Source of the DNA: an uncultured cyanobacterium
GTDB taxonomy: Bacteria > Cyanobacteriota > Cyanobacteriia > Cyanobacteriales > CAWCAG01
Direction: 5' to 3'
Assembly: GCA_963803805.1 (NCBI GenBank)
Contig: CAWDOD010000011.1
Coordinates: 704,001-768,000 of the forward strand
Length of the DNA stretch: 64,000 nucleotides
Made by a program: the position numbers and the translations under genes. Shown here one piece after another: positions 13,755-24,588 of this stretch (within the stretch, counting starts at the first letter, position 1; every line of letters begins with the position of its first letter). The notes under the pieces were generated by a model. It worked only from the letters and a program-made list of their open reading frames with translations, was not told the DNA's origin and did no database searches.

Positions 13755-14702
13755 ATGCCTAATCTGAAAATTATTCGCGATCGCATTCAGTCGGTCAAAA
13801 ATACCAAAAAAATCACCGAAGCGATGCGTCTTGTAGCAGCAGCTAAAGTCCGCCGCGCTCAAGAACAGGTTAACTCTACTCGTCCTTTTGCTGACCGTTT
13901 AGCCCAAGTGCTTTATGGTTTACAAAATCGGCTCCAATTTGAAGATGTTGACCTACCTTTATTGAAGCAAAGAGAAGTTGATTCGGTTGGACTGTTAGTT
14001 GTCTCTGGCGATCGCGGTTTATGTGGCGGCTACAACAGCAACGTCATCAAAAAAGCGGAAACTAGGGCCAAGGAACTAGCAGCAGAAGGAGTTGCTTACA
14101 AATATGTCTTAGTGGGGCGTAAAGCGACTCAATACTTTGAGCGACGTAAAGCACCTATTGATGGAACTTATACTGGCTTAGAACAAATTCCTTCAGCTTC
14201 TGAAGCATCTCAAATTGCCGACCAACTACTTTCTCTATTTCTTTCTGAGGAAGTAGATCGGGTAGAGTTAATTTATACGAAGTTTGTCTCTCTAATCAGT
14301 TCTCGCCCCGTGGTACAAACCCTCCTTCCTTTAACACCCCAAGGATTAGAGCCTAAAGACGACGAAATTTTCCGCTTAACCACTAGTGGCGGAGATTTTG
14401 AGGTGGCACGGGAAAAAGTTACCTCCGAAATGCGTAGCTTTCCCAAAGATATGATTTTTGAGCAAGATCCAGCGCAAATTCTCAATGCGCTTCTACCCTT
14501 GTATTTGAATAACCAGTTACTTCGTGCCTTACAGGAGTCTGCCGCTAGCGAGTTAGCAGCACGAATGACAGCGATGAATAGTGCTAGTGACAATGCTAGT
14601 GAATTAATGAGTACCCTTACTTTGTCTTATAACAAGGCAAGGCAAGCGGCAATTACTCAAGAAATTCTTGAAGTTGTTGCTGGTGCAGAGTCTGCTGGTT
14701 AG
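13755..14702 (+). CDS. atpG: ATP synthase F1 subunit gamma (cyanobacterial atpC)
   Basis: [30 protein letters not shown]. Confidence 0.98.
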   Translation: MPNLKIIRDRIQSVKNTKKITEAMRLVAAAKVRRAQEQVNSTRPFADRLAQVLYGLQNRLQFEDVDLPLLKQREVDSVGLLVVSGDRGLCGGYNSNVIKKAETRAKELAAEGVAYKYVLVGRKATQYFERRKAPIDGTYTGLEQIPSASEASQIADQLLSLFLSEEVDRVELIYTKFVSLISSRPVVQTLLPLTPQGLEPKDDEIFRLTTSGGDFEVAREKVTSEMRSFPKDMIFEQDPAQILNALLPLYLNNQLLRALQESAASELAARMTAMNSASDNASELMSTLTLSYNKARQAAITQEILEVVAGAESAG

Positions 14703-14725
14703 TTACAAAAAATTTGTATAAGTAG

Positions 14726-14756
14726 AGCGTCTGAAAAAATTCAGACGCTTTTTTTT
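14726..14756 (+). terminator. Rho-independent terminator of the atp operon
   Basis: AGCGTCTGAA/TTCAGACGCT stem followed by a T-run. Confidence 0.9.
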
Positions 14757-14847
14757 AAGCAGATAAACGCTTTTGGATTGCTTGTTATAATTGTTAGCAA
14801 TAACCTTAACTTCCTTTTCTAAATAAAACGAATTGTAAACCTAAAAA

Positions 14848-15249
14848 TCAAGAACCCACCTTAACTTCCTGGGAACAAAGGGAACACAAACCAAAAAACT
14901 CTAAGGTATGGTAGTAAACATCAAACTTCTTTGTTTGGCGTAACTCTTCTTCTAATCTGCCTACAGGACAAGCATGGGCAATAGGTTGAGAAACTCCACA
15001 ATTAATGCAAGTTAAATAATGCCGTTCCTTGCCAGCTATAGCATAGACCAGTTCTCCATCCGCCGAAGTCCTTGCTTGAATGAAGCCTCGGATGTGCATC
15101 GCTTTTAACACTCGGTAGATAGTTGCTAAACCAATTTGATAATTTTTAGCCCGCAGTTGAGTATAAAGTTCTTGGGCAGAAACTTCTGCTTTTTGGGATT
15201 GTAATAATTCAAAAACTTGTTCTTGACTGCGAGTTAGTTTTAATTTCAT
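14848..15249 (-). CDS. zur: Fur-family regulator, Zur/FurB type
   Basis: GLATIYR recognition helix, CINC and CSLC, CPV and YYHTLEFFGLC as in cyanobacterial Zur. Confidence 0.8.
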   Translation of the reverse strand: MKLKLTRSQEQVFELLQSQKAEVSAQELYTQLRAKNYQIGLATIYRVLKAMHIRGFIQARTSADGELVYAIAGKERHYLTCINCGVSQPIAHACPVGRLEEELRQTKKFDVYYHTLEFFGLCSLCSQEVKVGS

Positions 15250-15335
15250 ACTTTTTATTGATACTGTTGCTAGTCAAAGACAATATAGACTTTCATCTAG
15301 CGGTCATTTTAAAATAACTGTTCTCGTTAATATAG

Positions 15336-16376
<1,041 letters not shown>

Positions 16377-16383
16377 TTTTATA

Positions 16384-16440
16384 GGACTTACGCAAAGGGA
16401 ATGGGGAATCGCTAGTTACAGAAGTTGAGTGCGTAAGTCC
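16384..16440. repeat. Short inverted-repeat element (GGACTTACGCA type) between convergent genes
   Basis: GGACTTACGCA (16384-16394) and TGCGTAAGTCC (16430-16440). Confidence 0.75.
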
Positions 16441-16475
16441 AGTTAAAGTATCGGTTGCAGAAATTTATTACCTCC

Positions 16476-17495
16476 CTACTTCCCTACTTCCCTACTATCA
16501 GCCCCCACTACCTGCCTAACCCGGTAAATTGGTCTACTTTGGGATTCATGATAAGTACGCATTAACAACTCTGCTAACAAACCAAAACAGAACAATTGCA
16601 CTCCAGTAAAAAAGAGGATCAACACTAAAATTAACAGAGGTCTATTACCAATACTTTGACCTAAACCTAACTTTAAAAAAGTTAAATAAAGCCCTAAAAC
16701 AGTCCCTAAAACTAGAGAAAGAAGACCAAATAAACCGAAAACGTGCATCGGTTTAGTCAGAAACTTCTTCATAAAAAATACAGTTAACAAATCCATCACC
16801 ACTCGAAAAGTACGCCCTAAACCATACTTACTACTCCCGAAACGTCGAGGGTGATGCCGTACTGGTAATTCCGCAATTTTGGCTCCTTCAATATAAGCCA
16901 AAGCGGGGAGAAAGCGATGTAGTTCCCCATAAAGATTCATATCCGCCACTAATTCTGCTCGATATGCCTTCAGGGAACAACCATAGTCATGTAGCTTAAC
17001 CCCTGTAACCCCGCCAATAATCCAATTAGCAATCTTAGAAGGAAGTAGGCGAGTAAGAGCTGCATCTTGCCTCTTTTCACGCCAACCACTAACTAAATCG
17101 TAACCTTCTGCTAGTTTATTTAATAAAAAAGGAATATCTGCTGGATCATTTTGCAAATCTCCATCCATGGTAACAATAACTTCACCTTGAGCATATTGGA
17201 AGCCTGCTGCCATTGCCGGAGTCTGTCCATAATTGCGACGCAACAAAACCGCTTTTAAATCCCCACGACTTTTAGCCAACTCGCTTAAAAGTTCAGCAGA
17301 GCCATCTTGGGAACCATCGTCTACACAGATAATTTCGTAAACAAGCTGATTTTCAACTAAAACTGTAGCAACAGATTCTATCAAGGCAGATAGACTTTCC
17401 GCTTCATTATAAATTGGGATCACCACTGATAAATCAGGTTTGACAGAAGAGAAGTTGATTTGAGCTACACTCTGAGAAGATTGAAGATTAGTCAT
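16476..17495 (-). CDS. Family 2 glycosyltransferase (polyprenyl-phosphate sugar transferase, ArnC/DPM-like)
   Basis: SVVIPIYNE, VDDGS, MDGDLQNDP, two C-terminal transmembrane helices. Confidence 0.9.
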   Translation of the reverse strand: MTNLQSSQSVAQINFSSVKPDLSVVIPIYNEAESLSALIESVATVLVENQLVYEIICVDDGSQDGSAELLSELAKSRGDLKAVLLRRNYGQTPAMAAGFQYAQGEVIVTMDGDLQNDPADIPFLLNKLAEGYDLVSGWREKRQDAALTRLLPSKIANWIIGGVTGVKLHDYGCSLKAYRAELVADMNLYGELHRFLPALAYIEGAKIAELPVRHHPRRFGSSKYGLGRTFRVVMDLLTVFFMKKFLTKPMHVFGLFGLLSLVLGTVLGLYLTFLKLGLGQSIGNRPLLILVLILFFTGVQLFCFGLLAELLMRTYHESQSRPIYRVRQVVGADSREVGK

Positions 17496-17610
17496 GGTTT
17501 TTGATTTTTTCCTTTGGAGGAAATATTAAGCCAAATCTCTAGGGGTGGAGATTACCCTATTTTCTTAAGTAGTATAGAAATATGCTAGGCAAAAAACTGT
17601 TCAAAAACCA

Positions 17611-18144
17611 ATGAGCCAAGAAAAGCTACCATACGAACGTATTCCTAAAGTTCCCTTTGATCGCCGAGCTTGGGCTTTTATAATCGATTTTGTCTTAGTT
17701 TGGATACTCAGTTCCTTAGTTGGGGTGGGGCCAGTTCGCTGGGCAGTTTTCCTCTTAGCTTGGTTAGGACTTAAAGTTTTGTTAGTTGTGAGTAATCAAG
17801 GGCAAAGTTTAGGTGGTTGGGCTTTGGATCTTAAAGTAATTGATTTCCGCTTTAAAAGGGTTCCTCAAGTAATTACCCTAGTTAAACGGGAAGGTATTTT
17901 AGGTATTTGTGCTTTGCTGGCCATGATTGGTTTAGAAATTAACTTTGGCAATAGCCTGACTATGCTACTACTCCTGGGTCCCATAGTTGCAGACTGCGCC
18001 TTTGCATTCACTGATGAAGAATTAGGGCAAGCTTTTCATGATCGCGTTGCTGATACGATTATGATTCAAACTCCCCGTGGCTTCTCCCTGGACATACAAA
18101 TAAAAAAACTTCTTGCTGAAGTGAGATATCGTGTGAGAAAATAG
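17611..18144 (+). CDS. RDD family membrane protein
   Basis: RRAWAFIIDF, GQSLG, HDRVADT. Confidence 0.85.
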   Translation: MSQEKLPYERIPKVPFDRRAWAFIIDFVLVWILSSLVGVGPVRWAVFLLAWLGLKVLLVVSNQGQSLGGWALDLKVIDFRFKRVPQVITLVKREGILGICALLAMIGLEINFGNSLTMLLLLGPIVADCAFAFTDEELGQAFHDRVADTIMIQTPRGFSLDIQIKKLLAEVRYRVRK

Positions 18145-18190
18145 AAATTTGTGTTTAATTTTAATTGGTTGAGTTGGAAGAACTCGAATT

Positions 18191-18385
18191 ATGGCAAGTA
18201 AGAAGGGCGTTAGAATTACCATCAGCGTAGAATGCACTGAATGTCGCACTAATAACGATAAGCGTTCCAACGGTGTCTCTCGATATACGACAAGTAAAAA
18301 CCGTCGTAATACTACAGCAAGATTAGAACTGAAGAAGTTCTGCACTCACTGCAATAAACATACAGTTCATAAAGAAACTAAGTAA
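18191..18385 (+). CDS. rpmG: 50S ribosomal protein L33
   Basis: ECTEC...[11 protein letters not shown]...[16 protein letters not shown]. Confidence 0.98.
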   Translation: MASKKGVRITISVECTECRTNNDKRSNGVSRYTTSKNRRNTTARLELKKFCTHCNKHTVHKETK

Positions 18386-18428
18386 TCGGCACATGAGCAA
18401 ATTACTGTAACTTTTAAAGAGGAAAAAC

Positions 18429-18644
18429 ATGGCTTTTTATCGTAAAAATCTTTCTCCTATTAAACCCGGAGATCCCATCGACTATAAAGATGTAGAACTA
18501 TTGAAAAAATTCATTACTGAAAGGGGCAAAATTCTACCCCGTCGTATTACATCTTTAACAGCTAAACAGCAAAGGGATTTAACTGTTGCTGTCAAAAGGG
18601 CTCGCCTGATTGCTTTACTACCTTTTATTGATATTGAAGGCTAA
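18429..18644 (+). CDS. rpsR: 30S ribosomal protein S18
   Basis: [38 protein letters not shown]. Confidence 0.98.
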   Translation: MAFYRKNLSPIKPGDPIDYKDVELLKKFITERGKILPRRITSLTAKQQRDLTVAVKRARLIALLPFIDIEG

Positions 18645-18812
18645 CAGCTAACAGCTAGTTGCTAATTGTTGCAGTTGGTGAGGAAGCAATATCAATTTGC
18701 TGGATCTTCATGTTCCTATCTCACCAATCCCTACTTTCTCAAATTTACCCTTCCATGATTGTTAGCCTGGATGATAAGTTTAAAGAGAAAATAATGGGAA
18801 ATTGCAGAGCTT

Positions 18813-20825
18813 GTGGACAAGGGAACCCTAATTGAATTTCGGCTCCACGGAGAACGTCGTCTTGCAGTTGCTGAGCGTCCTGAAGGGAAGAAAGATTGGC
18901 TTTTTTTAGATGAAAAGGGACAGACTCACAAACTTCGCCCTCAAAGAATTGAATATGAAATTGGTAATGGCTATGAGCCAGATGATATACCTAAATTCTT
19001 GGCGGAAGTAAACAATTATCTTGACCCTTCCAGCTTAGAAATTGCTTGGGAGTTATTAGTGGAAGATAAAGCGGGAGTAACACCGCCAGAAATGGCTCAA
19101 TTACTATTTTCTGCCCGTACTCCTGCTCACTGTTATGGGGCATATAGCCTTCTTTGTGAAGATAAGGTTTATTTTAAAAAGAAAGCAGACCACTACGAAC
19201 CTCGTTCCCAAAACCAAGTTGAAGAAATCAAGCATCAACTACAAGTAGAACAACAAAAGCAGAGTGAAAAACAAGGGTTCTTAGAGAGAGTACAAAGGAA
19301 TTTAGCCGGAGAACAGATAGAGTGGGTAGAAAGCGATCGCATCCGCTTAAATTTACTAGAAAAACTTGTACTGCATCCCGAACAATCTTCTCGCCCTGCC
19401 CAGGATTTACTTGTAGAACTAGAACGCTCTCAAACGCCCCAATTGGCCTTGGAATTACTGATAGAGTTAGGCTGGTGGGATAAACATGAAAATCTTTTTC
19501 TACGCCGTAGCTCTTATCCAATTCACTTTCCTCAGAAGGTACTCGAAGTGGCCAAGTCCAGCCTACTCTCTCAGTCCTGTGACCCTGATGCTGATACTAG
19601 ACTCGATCTTACTCACTTCAAGGTTTATACCATTGATGACGAGAGTACAAAGGAGATCGACGATGGTTTAAGTTTAGAAACTTTAGAAGATGGGACTCAA
19701 CGCCTCTGGATACATATTGCCGATCCTACCAGGTTACTTTCTCCAGGAGATGAATTAGACCTAGAAGCGAGGAGGCGGAGTACCAGCCTTTATCTCCCCA
19801 CAGGCAGCATTCCTATGTTCCCTCCAGAACTTGCTACAGGACCAATGAGTTTGGTACAAGGACAAGTTTGTCCAGCTTTAAGTTTTGGAGTGGTTCTAGA
19901 CGAATCTGGGGGGATTCAGGACTATACTATCAGTGCTAGCTTAATTAAACCAACCTATCGTTTAACCTACGATGATGTTGATGAAATGCTCCAGTTGGAT
20001 ATCCAAGCAGAGCCAGAAATCACCAATTTAGCTCGCTGGTCAACGATTCGTCAGAGTTGGCGATTAGCCCAAGGTTCCATTAGTATCCATATGCCAGAAT
20101 CTTCTATTAAAGTTAAAGATGATGAAATTGTCATTGAACTTTTAGAAGACTCACCCGCCCGCCAGTTAGTGGCCGAAATGATGATCTTAACGGGAGAGGT
20201 GGCGGGAAATTACGGTCAAAGGCATAATCTACCTTTACCCTACCGGGGGCAACCTCAACCAGAACTCCCCTCAGAAGAAGAATTATTACAATTTCCGGCT
20301 GGACCTGTACGTTTCTGCGCTTTGCGTCGTTGTATGCCACGGAGCGAAACAAGCACTATGCCCATACGCCATGCCGGTTTAGGTTTGAATACCTATACCC
20401 AAGCAACTTCTCCGATTCGCCGCTACAATGATTTATTAGCTCATTTCCAAATTAAAGCTCATTTACGCCAAGAGCCATTGCCTTTTCCCCTTGAAGCCGT
20501 AAAAGAGCTTATTTACAGCGTTACTAGTGCAGCTCAAGAAGCTACCTTAGTAGAGCGCCAAACTAATCGCTACTGGGGTTTAGAATTCCTCCGTCGCAAT
20601 GCTGACCAAGCTTGGCCGGCTTTATTGCTACGCTGGTTAAGAGAAGATGATAATTTGGGGCTGATTTTACTAGAAGATTTAGGCTTAGAACTTCCCCATC
20701 GCTTTCGCCGCCCTATTGCCTTGGGCGATCGCTTAGAAGTTCAAGTTAGCCGCGCCGATCCTCGTCAAGATGTGATTCAATTTAGGGAAACCGAACAGCA
20801 TCAACAAGAAGCTACCGCTAGTTAG
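18813..20825 (+). CDS. rnb: RNase II/R family exoribonuclease
   Basis: TIDDESTKEIDD catalytic motif, HIAD, TSPIRRYNDL. Confidence 0.92.
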   Translation: MDKGTLIEFRLHGERRLAVAERPEGKKDWLFLDEKGQTHKLRPQRIEYEIGNGYEPDDIPKFLAEVNNYLDPSSLEIAWELLVEDKAGVTPPEMAQLLFSARTPAHCYGAYSLLCEDKVYFKKKADHYEPRSQNQVEEIKHQLQVEQQKQSEKQGFLERVQRNLAGEQIEWVESDRIRLNLLEKLVLHPEQSSRPAQDLLVELERSQTPQLALELLIELGWWDKHENLFLRRSSYPIHFPQKVLEVAKSSLLSQSCDPDADTRLDLTHFKVYTIDDESTKEIDDGLSLETLEDGTQRLWIHIADPTRLLSPGDELDLEARRRSTSLYLPTGSIPMFPPELATGPMSLVQGQVCPALSFGVVLDESGGIQDYTISASLIKPTYRLTYDDVDEMLQLDIQAEPEITNLARWSTIRQSWRLAQGSISIHMPESSIKVKDDEIVIELLEDSPARQLVAEMMILTGEVAGNYGQRHNLPLPYRGQPQPELPSEEELLQFPAGPVRFCALRRCMPRSETSTMPIRHAGLGLNTYTQATSPIRRYNDLLAHFQIKAHLRQEPLPFPLEAVKELIYSVTSAAQEATLVERQTNRYWGLEFLRRNADQAWPALLLRWLREDDNLGLILLEDLGLELPHRFRRPIALGDRLEVQVSRADPRQDVIQFRETEQHQQEATAS

Positions 20826-20853
20826 TTTATAGTTCTCAACTGAATCAAGATAA

Positions 20854-21243
20854 ATGACCCAGAATCAGGTAAATTTCCAATCTCATCAGATTGTTTGCTT
20901 AGAATATGAACAGACTTACCTTTACAGCGAAGTTATTCAAGTTATTGAACAGCGCAGAATGTGTTGGGTACGTCCTTGGATATTGGCTATTTTTCCGGCT
21001 GAAACTAGTTTTTTTTCCTGGAATGGTCAGGAGAAAACCCTTTATAATTTGCGCTTAACTGCTGATTTAGTTTGGCCTTTGAGTTTGTTTCGCCCAGCTC
21101 TAGATACAGAGGTTATTCCTCTATTAGAAAAGTTAGATATTCCCCCTAAAGACTCTGAAGATGAGCAGAAGTCACGGCAACGACTCAATTCTTTTGTGAA
21201 TCAGCTTTGGCAAGCTCACAAAGCTACATTTCAGGGTTTTTAA
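20854..21243 (+). CDS. Hypothetical protein
   Basis: 129-aa ORF directly downstream of rnb on the same strand. Confidence 0.7.
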   Translation: MTQNQVNFQSHQIVCLEYEQTYLYSEVIQVIEQRRMCWVRPWILAIFPAETSFFSWNGQEKTLYNLRLTADLVWPLSLFRPALDTEVIPLLEKLDIPPKDSEDEQKSRQRLNSFVNQLWQAHKATFQGF

Positions 21244-21360
21244 TCATATTAGTTTACTAGCAATAGGGTTTGATATTCTAGTTCAGTTCAAGCAGAGAAA
21301 GTATCTCAAAACTAGGTGACTGAATCCTAAACAGCAAGATAAATTAAGGTCTATCAACAG

Positions 21361-21555
21361 CTAAAATCTAGGTACTAGCTTGATTCGGCCAGCATCCATC
21401 TCTGACATTAGCAGTTCCAATGCTTCGTAATCCACATCGGAAATATAACCTGTTTGAGTTAATTCAGAGTTGATAGCATTCTCTATTTCCGGAGTTAAGC
21501 TTCTGAAATAGAGCGCTTTTTCTACCAGTTGACGAATAGCACGAGTTCTCTTCAC
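21361..21555 (-). CDS. Small hypothetical protein
   Basis: Probable GTG start at 21555 (MKRTRAIRQLVEKAL...); the ORF track starts at 21588. Confidence 0.7.
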   Translation of the reverse strand: MKRTRAIRQLVEKALYFRSLTPEIENAINSELTQTGYISDVDYEALELLMSEMDAGRIKLVPRF

Positions 21556-22049
21556 GGTGTTTAGCAGAACTATTAGGTATAAAAACATTCTAGGAGCGAA
21601 TTTCTGCTTCCTATAGTGATCTGTTCGTGGCTCTCTCGGTGACTAAAATCACCGCCAGATATCTAATAATGTGTACTAGCTAATTAATATTATTTGATTT
21701 AGTGTAGCCAATTACTTATCCTGCTTCGGTTTGGACTCGGCTGATCATTTTCAATGATCAGGAAAATATTTAATGAGAATTAACAAGCTTTAGCGAAGTA
21801 AAGTATTTAAAACTTAATGCTCTTAATTTTCATTATATACATCTAGAGGAGGATTCACAAATGTCAATAATTGGTTTCTCTATTTATGCTGGGAACAAGA
21901 GATTATTTAGCGACATCTTTGAAAGATAGATCTCCAGAAATCATGCTTAGATTGAGCTTGATTATCTATATGAAGCTTACTCTTTGACAAGGGCTATTTA
22001 TAAAAATTAATAGTAAATTTTGATACACAAAGTGTAGTGGCAATGAAGT

Positions 22050-22424
22050 ATGTTAACTAGATTGGTCGTTTCTAAACACTTAAATCCCATGATCAACGTA
22101 GCCGTTTGCTCCCATTTTACTCAGGCATCATCTTACAGTCATATAATCCCTTCTAACGCAGCGGAGTTTGGGGGTCAACTAACTAAAATTGTTGCTTCTC
22201 ATAAAGATTCTGTGCTTCTAATCGATATGAGAAAAGTCGATTCTTTAGATAACACAACTTTAATGGCTTTGGTTGCCGCTTTCCGGCTGGCACAAAACTT
22301 GGGTAGACGCTTGATTTTTTGTTCTGTTGCTCCATCTGTAAAAATCATTCTGGAGTTAAGTCAACTGGATCGCATCTTAGAAATCTTCGATAGTCGTGAT
22401 GCTTTTGAGGCTACTTTAGCTTGA
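22050..22424 (+). CDS. STAS-domain anti-sigma-factor antagonist
   Basis: LLIDMRKVDSLD...LIFCSVAPSVKIILELSQLDRILEIF. Confidence 0.85.
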   Translation: MLTRLVVSKHLNPMINVAVCSHFTQASSYSHIIPSNAAEFGGQLTKIVASHKDSVLLIDMRKVDSLDNTTLMALVAAFRLAQNLGRRLIFCSVAPSVKIILELSQLDRILEIFDSRDAFEATLA

Positions 22425-22518
22425 ATAAGTTCTTCGTTCTCTATAATTATTGTGGGAAGTACAAGCATTACTCCACGATTGTTTGTTGAGTACTTCCGCC
22501 TGCAATATCAAGAGAAAT

Positions 22519-22830
22519 CTAAACACTGATAGAATTTTTCGACAATATTTCATTCCACTTTGTTTTATGAACTAATTGAAGTTCATTATCAGATTCGATT
22601 AAATTTGAATATCCTCGAACAAAATCTTCTAAGGAAATAATTAGTCTTAGGTAATATTTCAGTGTCAGTAGAACTCCATTTGTAATCACTTGGCAGCCGT
22701 AAGTATTTTTAATCTCTTGGATTTCTAGATTGATTTTACTAGCTTCGGACTCTTTGATATCAGCCGATGAAAATATATAATATCTTCTCGGTTTGAATTT
22801 AATGATTTTTTCTCTTAAAGTTGATCTTTG
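22519..22830 (-). pseudogene. 5'-truncated coding remnant, 103 codons, possibly a restriction endonuclease C-terminus
   Basis: Open frame with no start at its 5' end: ...REKIIKFKPRRYYIF...YGCQVITNGVLLTLKYYLRLI...HKTKWNEIL...*; the family guess is from memory only. Confidence 0.5.
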
Positions 22831-22866
22831 CTAAGATACTGAATTAGTTGCTCAAAGTAAATCAAA

Positions 22867-23493
22867 ATGGTAACAGCACTTCAAGGAGAAAAAGTTACTC
22901 TCTACGACTTAGAAACCAAATTTAAGCTTAAGTTAACCAACAATGAGGCTTTTTTTCCAGAATGTTGTGGAGATTTACCAGAACTCAAAGAACTAGAAAA
23001 AGCGATACTCAACCGCATTAAAAATAATTATCTGAACCTTGTCAAGCGCGGTATGCTCGAAGATATGGTGAAGATGGTAGTTTTGTCTCCCTTGTTGGAT
23101 TTAGCAGGGTTCTATGTACCTCCGTTTTATACTACCAGTGAAAAGTCAGTAGAGATAGCTGATGAGGATGAAGAGGTAGTGATACGGGGCAAGATTGATA
23201 TTTTGGTGTTGCAATCCCAGTTGTGGGTGTTGGTGATTGAGTCGAAAAAAGCCGGATTTTCTCTAGAAGTGGGTATTCCCCAAGCTTTGAGTTATATGTT
23301 GGCTAGTGTGGAAAAAGATAAACCTATATTTGGTTTTGTAACTAATGGCAGTAATTTTATTTTCTTGAAGTTGGTTAAGGAAGATGTTCCTGTTTATGGT
23401 TTGTCTGATGAGTTTAGTTTACGTAGAGAGAATGATTTGTCTTCAGTGTTAGGGATTTTGCAGAGGTTAAGTGAAGTTGTGGTTGCTTGGTGA
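22867..23493 (+). CDS. Stand-alone PD-(D/E)XK nuclease, type I restriction HsdR N-terminal-like
   Basis: GKIDILV...LVIESKK...QALSYM...VTNG. Confidence 0.8.
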   Translation: MVTALQGEKVTLYDLETKFKLKLTNNEAFFPECCGDLPELKELEKAILNRIKNNYLNLVKRGMLEDMVKMVVLSPLLDLAGFYVPPFYTTSEKSVEIADEDEEVVIRGKIDILVLQSQLWVLVIESKKAGFSLEVGIPQALSYMLASVEKDKPIFGFVTNGSNFIFLKLVKEDVPVYGLSDEFSLRRENDLSSVLGILQRLSEVVVAW

Positions 23494-23641
23494 GATATGC
23501 GTAGGCAAAGACCACCGTAGGTATTGCAATCCTCTTTAATCTTAAGCTAATAGTGTAAGTGATTACTGTTTCAAAAGTACTAGGACAGAATTGAGTTAGT
23601 CTTGATATTTGTTTAACAAGTCTCTCGAATAAGCAAAATCT

Positions 23642-24073
23642 CTACTTATAATTTTCTGGAGGATGCCAGCCACTTTCAACCCAACGTAACCTAGCTGCAA
23701 CAATAACCGAGTTATTCATTCGTAAAGCTGCAATAGTTGCTCTACCTATAGCTGTCATACCTTCTACCTTTGTGCCATCATTACTCCAAGCAAAATGTTC
23801 TAACCAATCCTGCTTACGTGGATTAAATAAAGGTGAAATATTCCCAGTTAAAGGGTCTTTTGCTTGAGTTAAACTGCCTTTAAATTCATTGCAAGGACGA
23901 CAAGCTAGACAAACATTCTCGAAAGTAGTATTCCCACTTTTAGAAATGGGTTGAATATGATCGTAAGTCATAGGAATACCGCTATTTTCTTCTTTGGTTT
24001 GGCAATAACAGCAACAACGACCATCTTGTTGAATAATTCTTGTCTTTAGAGTCTCAGGGATATAAGCAGACAC
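23642..24073 (-). CDS. HNH endonuclease
   Basis: CCYC, DHIQP, NVCLACRPCN, LFNPR. Confidence 0.9.
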   Translation of the reverse strand: MSAYIPETLKTRIIQQDGRCCCYCQTKEENSGIPMTYDHIQPISKSGNTTFENVCLACRPCNEFKGSLTQAKDPLTGNISPLFNPRKQDWLEHFAWSNDGTKVEGMTAIGRATIAALRMNNSVIVAARLRWVESGWHPPENYK

Positions 24074-24078
24074 AGTAT

Positions 24079-24483
24079 TTACAGTCTAGGTAGCTTGTAA
24101 CCTCGCCAACGAAGCAAAACAGCAGCTTGAGCTTTTAATAACATGAAAAGATCCGCTTCTTGCCGTAGTTTTTGTAGTTCTAATTTTTCTGCTGGTGTTA
24201 AAGTTTCGCTTTGATTCTTCTCCAACAAAAGATTATACCTTCCCATCTCAGCATTTGTTTTCTGGCTTCTAGCAATTTCCCAAAGGCTATCATCATCTAA
24301 CTTATCTAAGGCAGCAAGTGCGGTTTGAAACTCATCAGGTACATTATCCCATGCAGGAGGGCTACCTACTTTTAAGGCCCTTAGTACAATCTCTTCTAAA
24401 GGACGTTGGGTTGCTTGGGCTGTGTTTACTAGCCGTTGGTAAAGTAGTTGAGGAATTTCTAAGGTAAGAGTTGCAGTTGACAT
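24079..24483 (-). CDS. Hypothetical protein with RHH-like N-terminus (antitoxin-like partner of the HNH)
   Basis: TLTLEIPQLLYQRL...PLEEIVLRAL; ends 5 nt before the HNH start. Confidence 0.7.
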   Translation of the reverse strand: MSTATLTLEIPQLLYQRLVNTAQATQRPLEEIVLRALKVGSPPAWDNVPDEFQTALAALDKLDDDSLWEIARSQKTNAEMGRYNLLLEKNQSETLTPAEKLELQKLRQEADLFMLLKAQAAVLLRWRGYKLPRL

Positions 24484-24588
24484 AGAGTTTTTGTTTGTTC
24501 ATGATATACGAGTTTTTATTGATGATAGTTTCAGGGGTTTTGTGAAACATTGAGAGACTGAGTTTTCCTGTGATCGCGACCCTAAACT

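Noticed and set aside
21600-22050. Long AT-rich intergenic region with a TGATCATT/AATGATCA palindrome as a possible sRNA or operator
   Set aside because: No recognisable RNA family, terminator or known binding consensus
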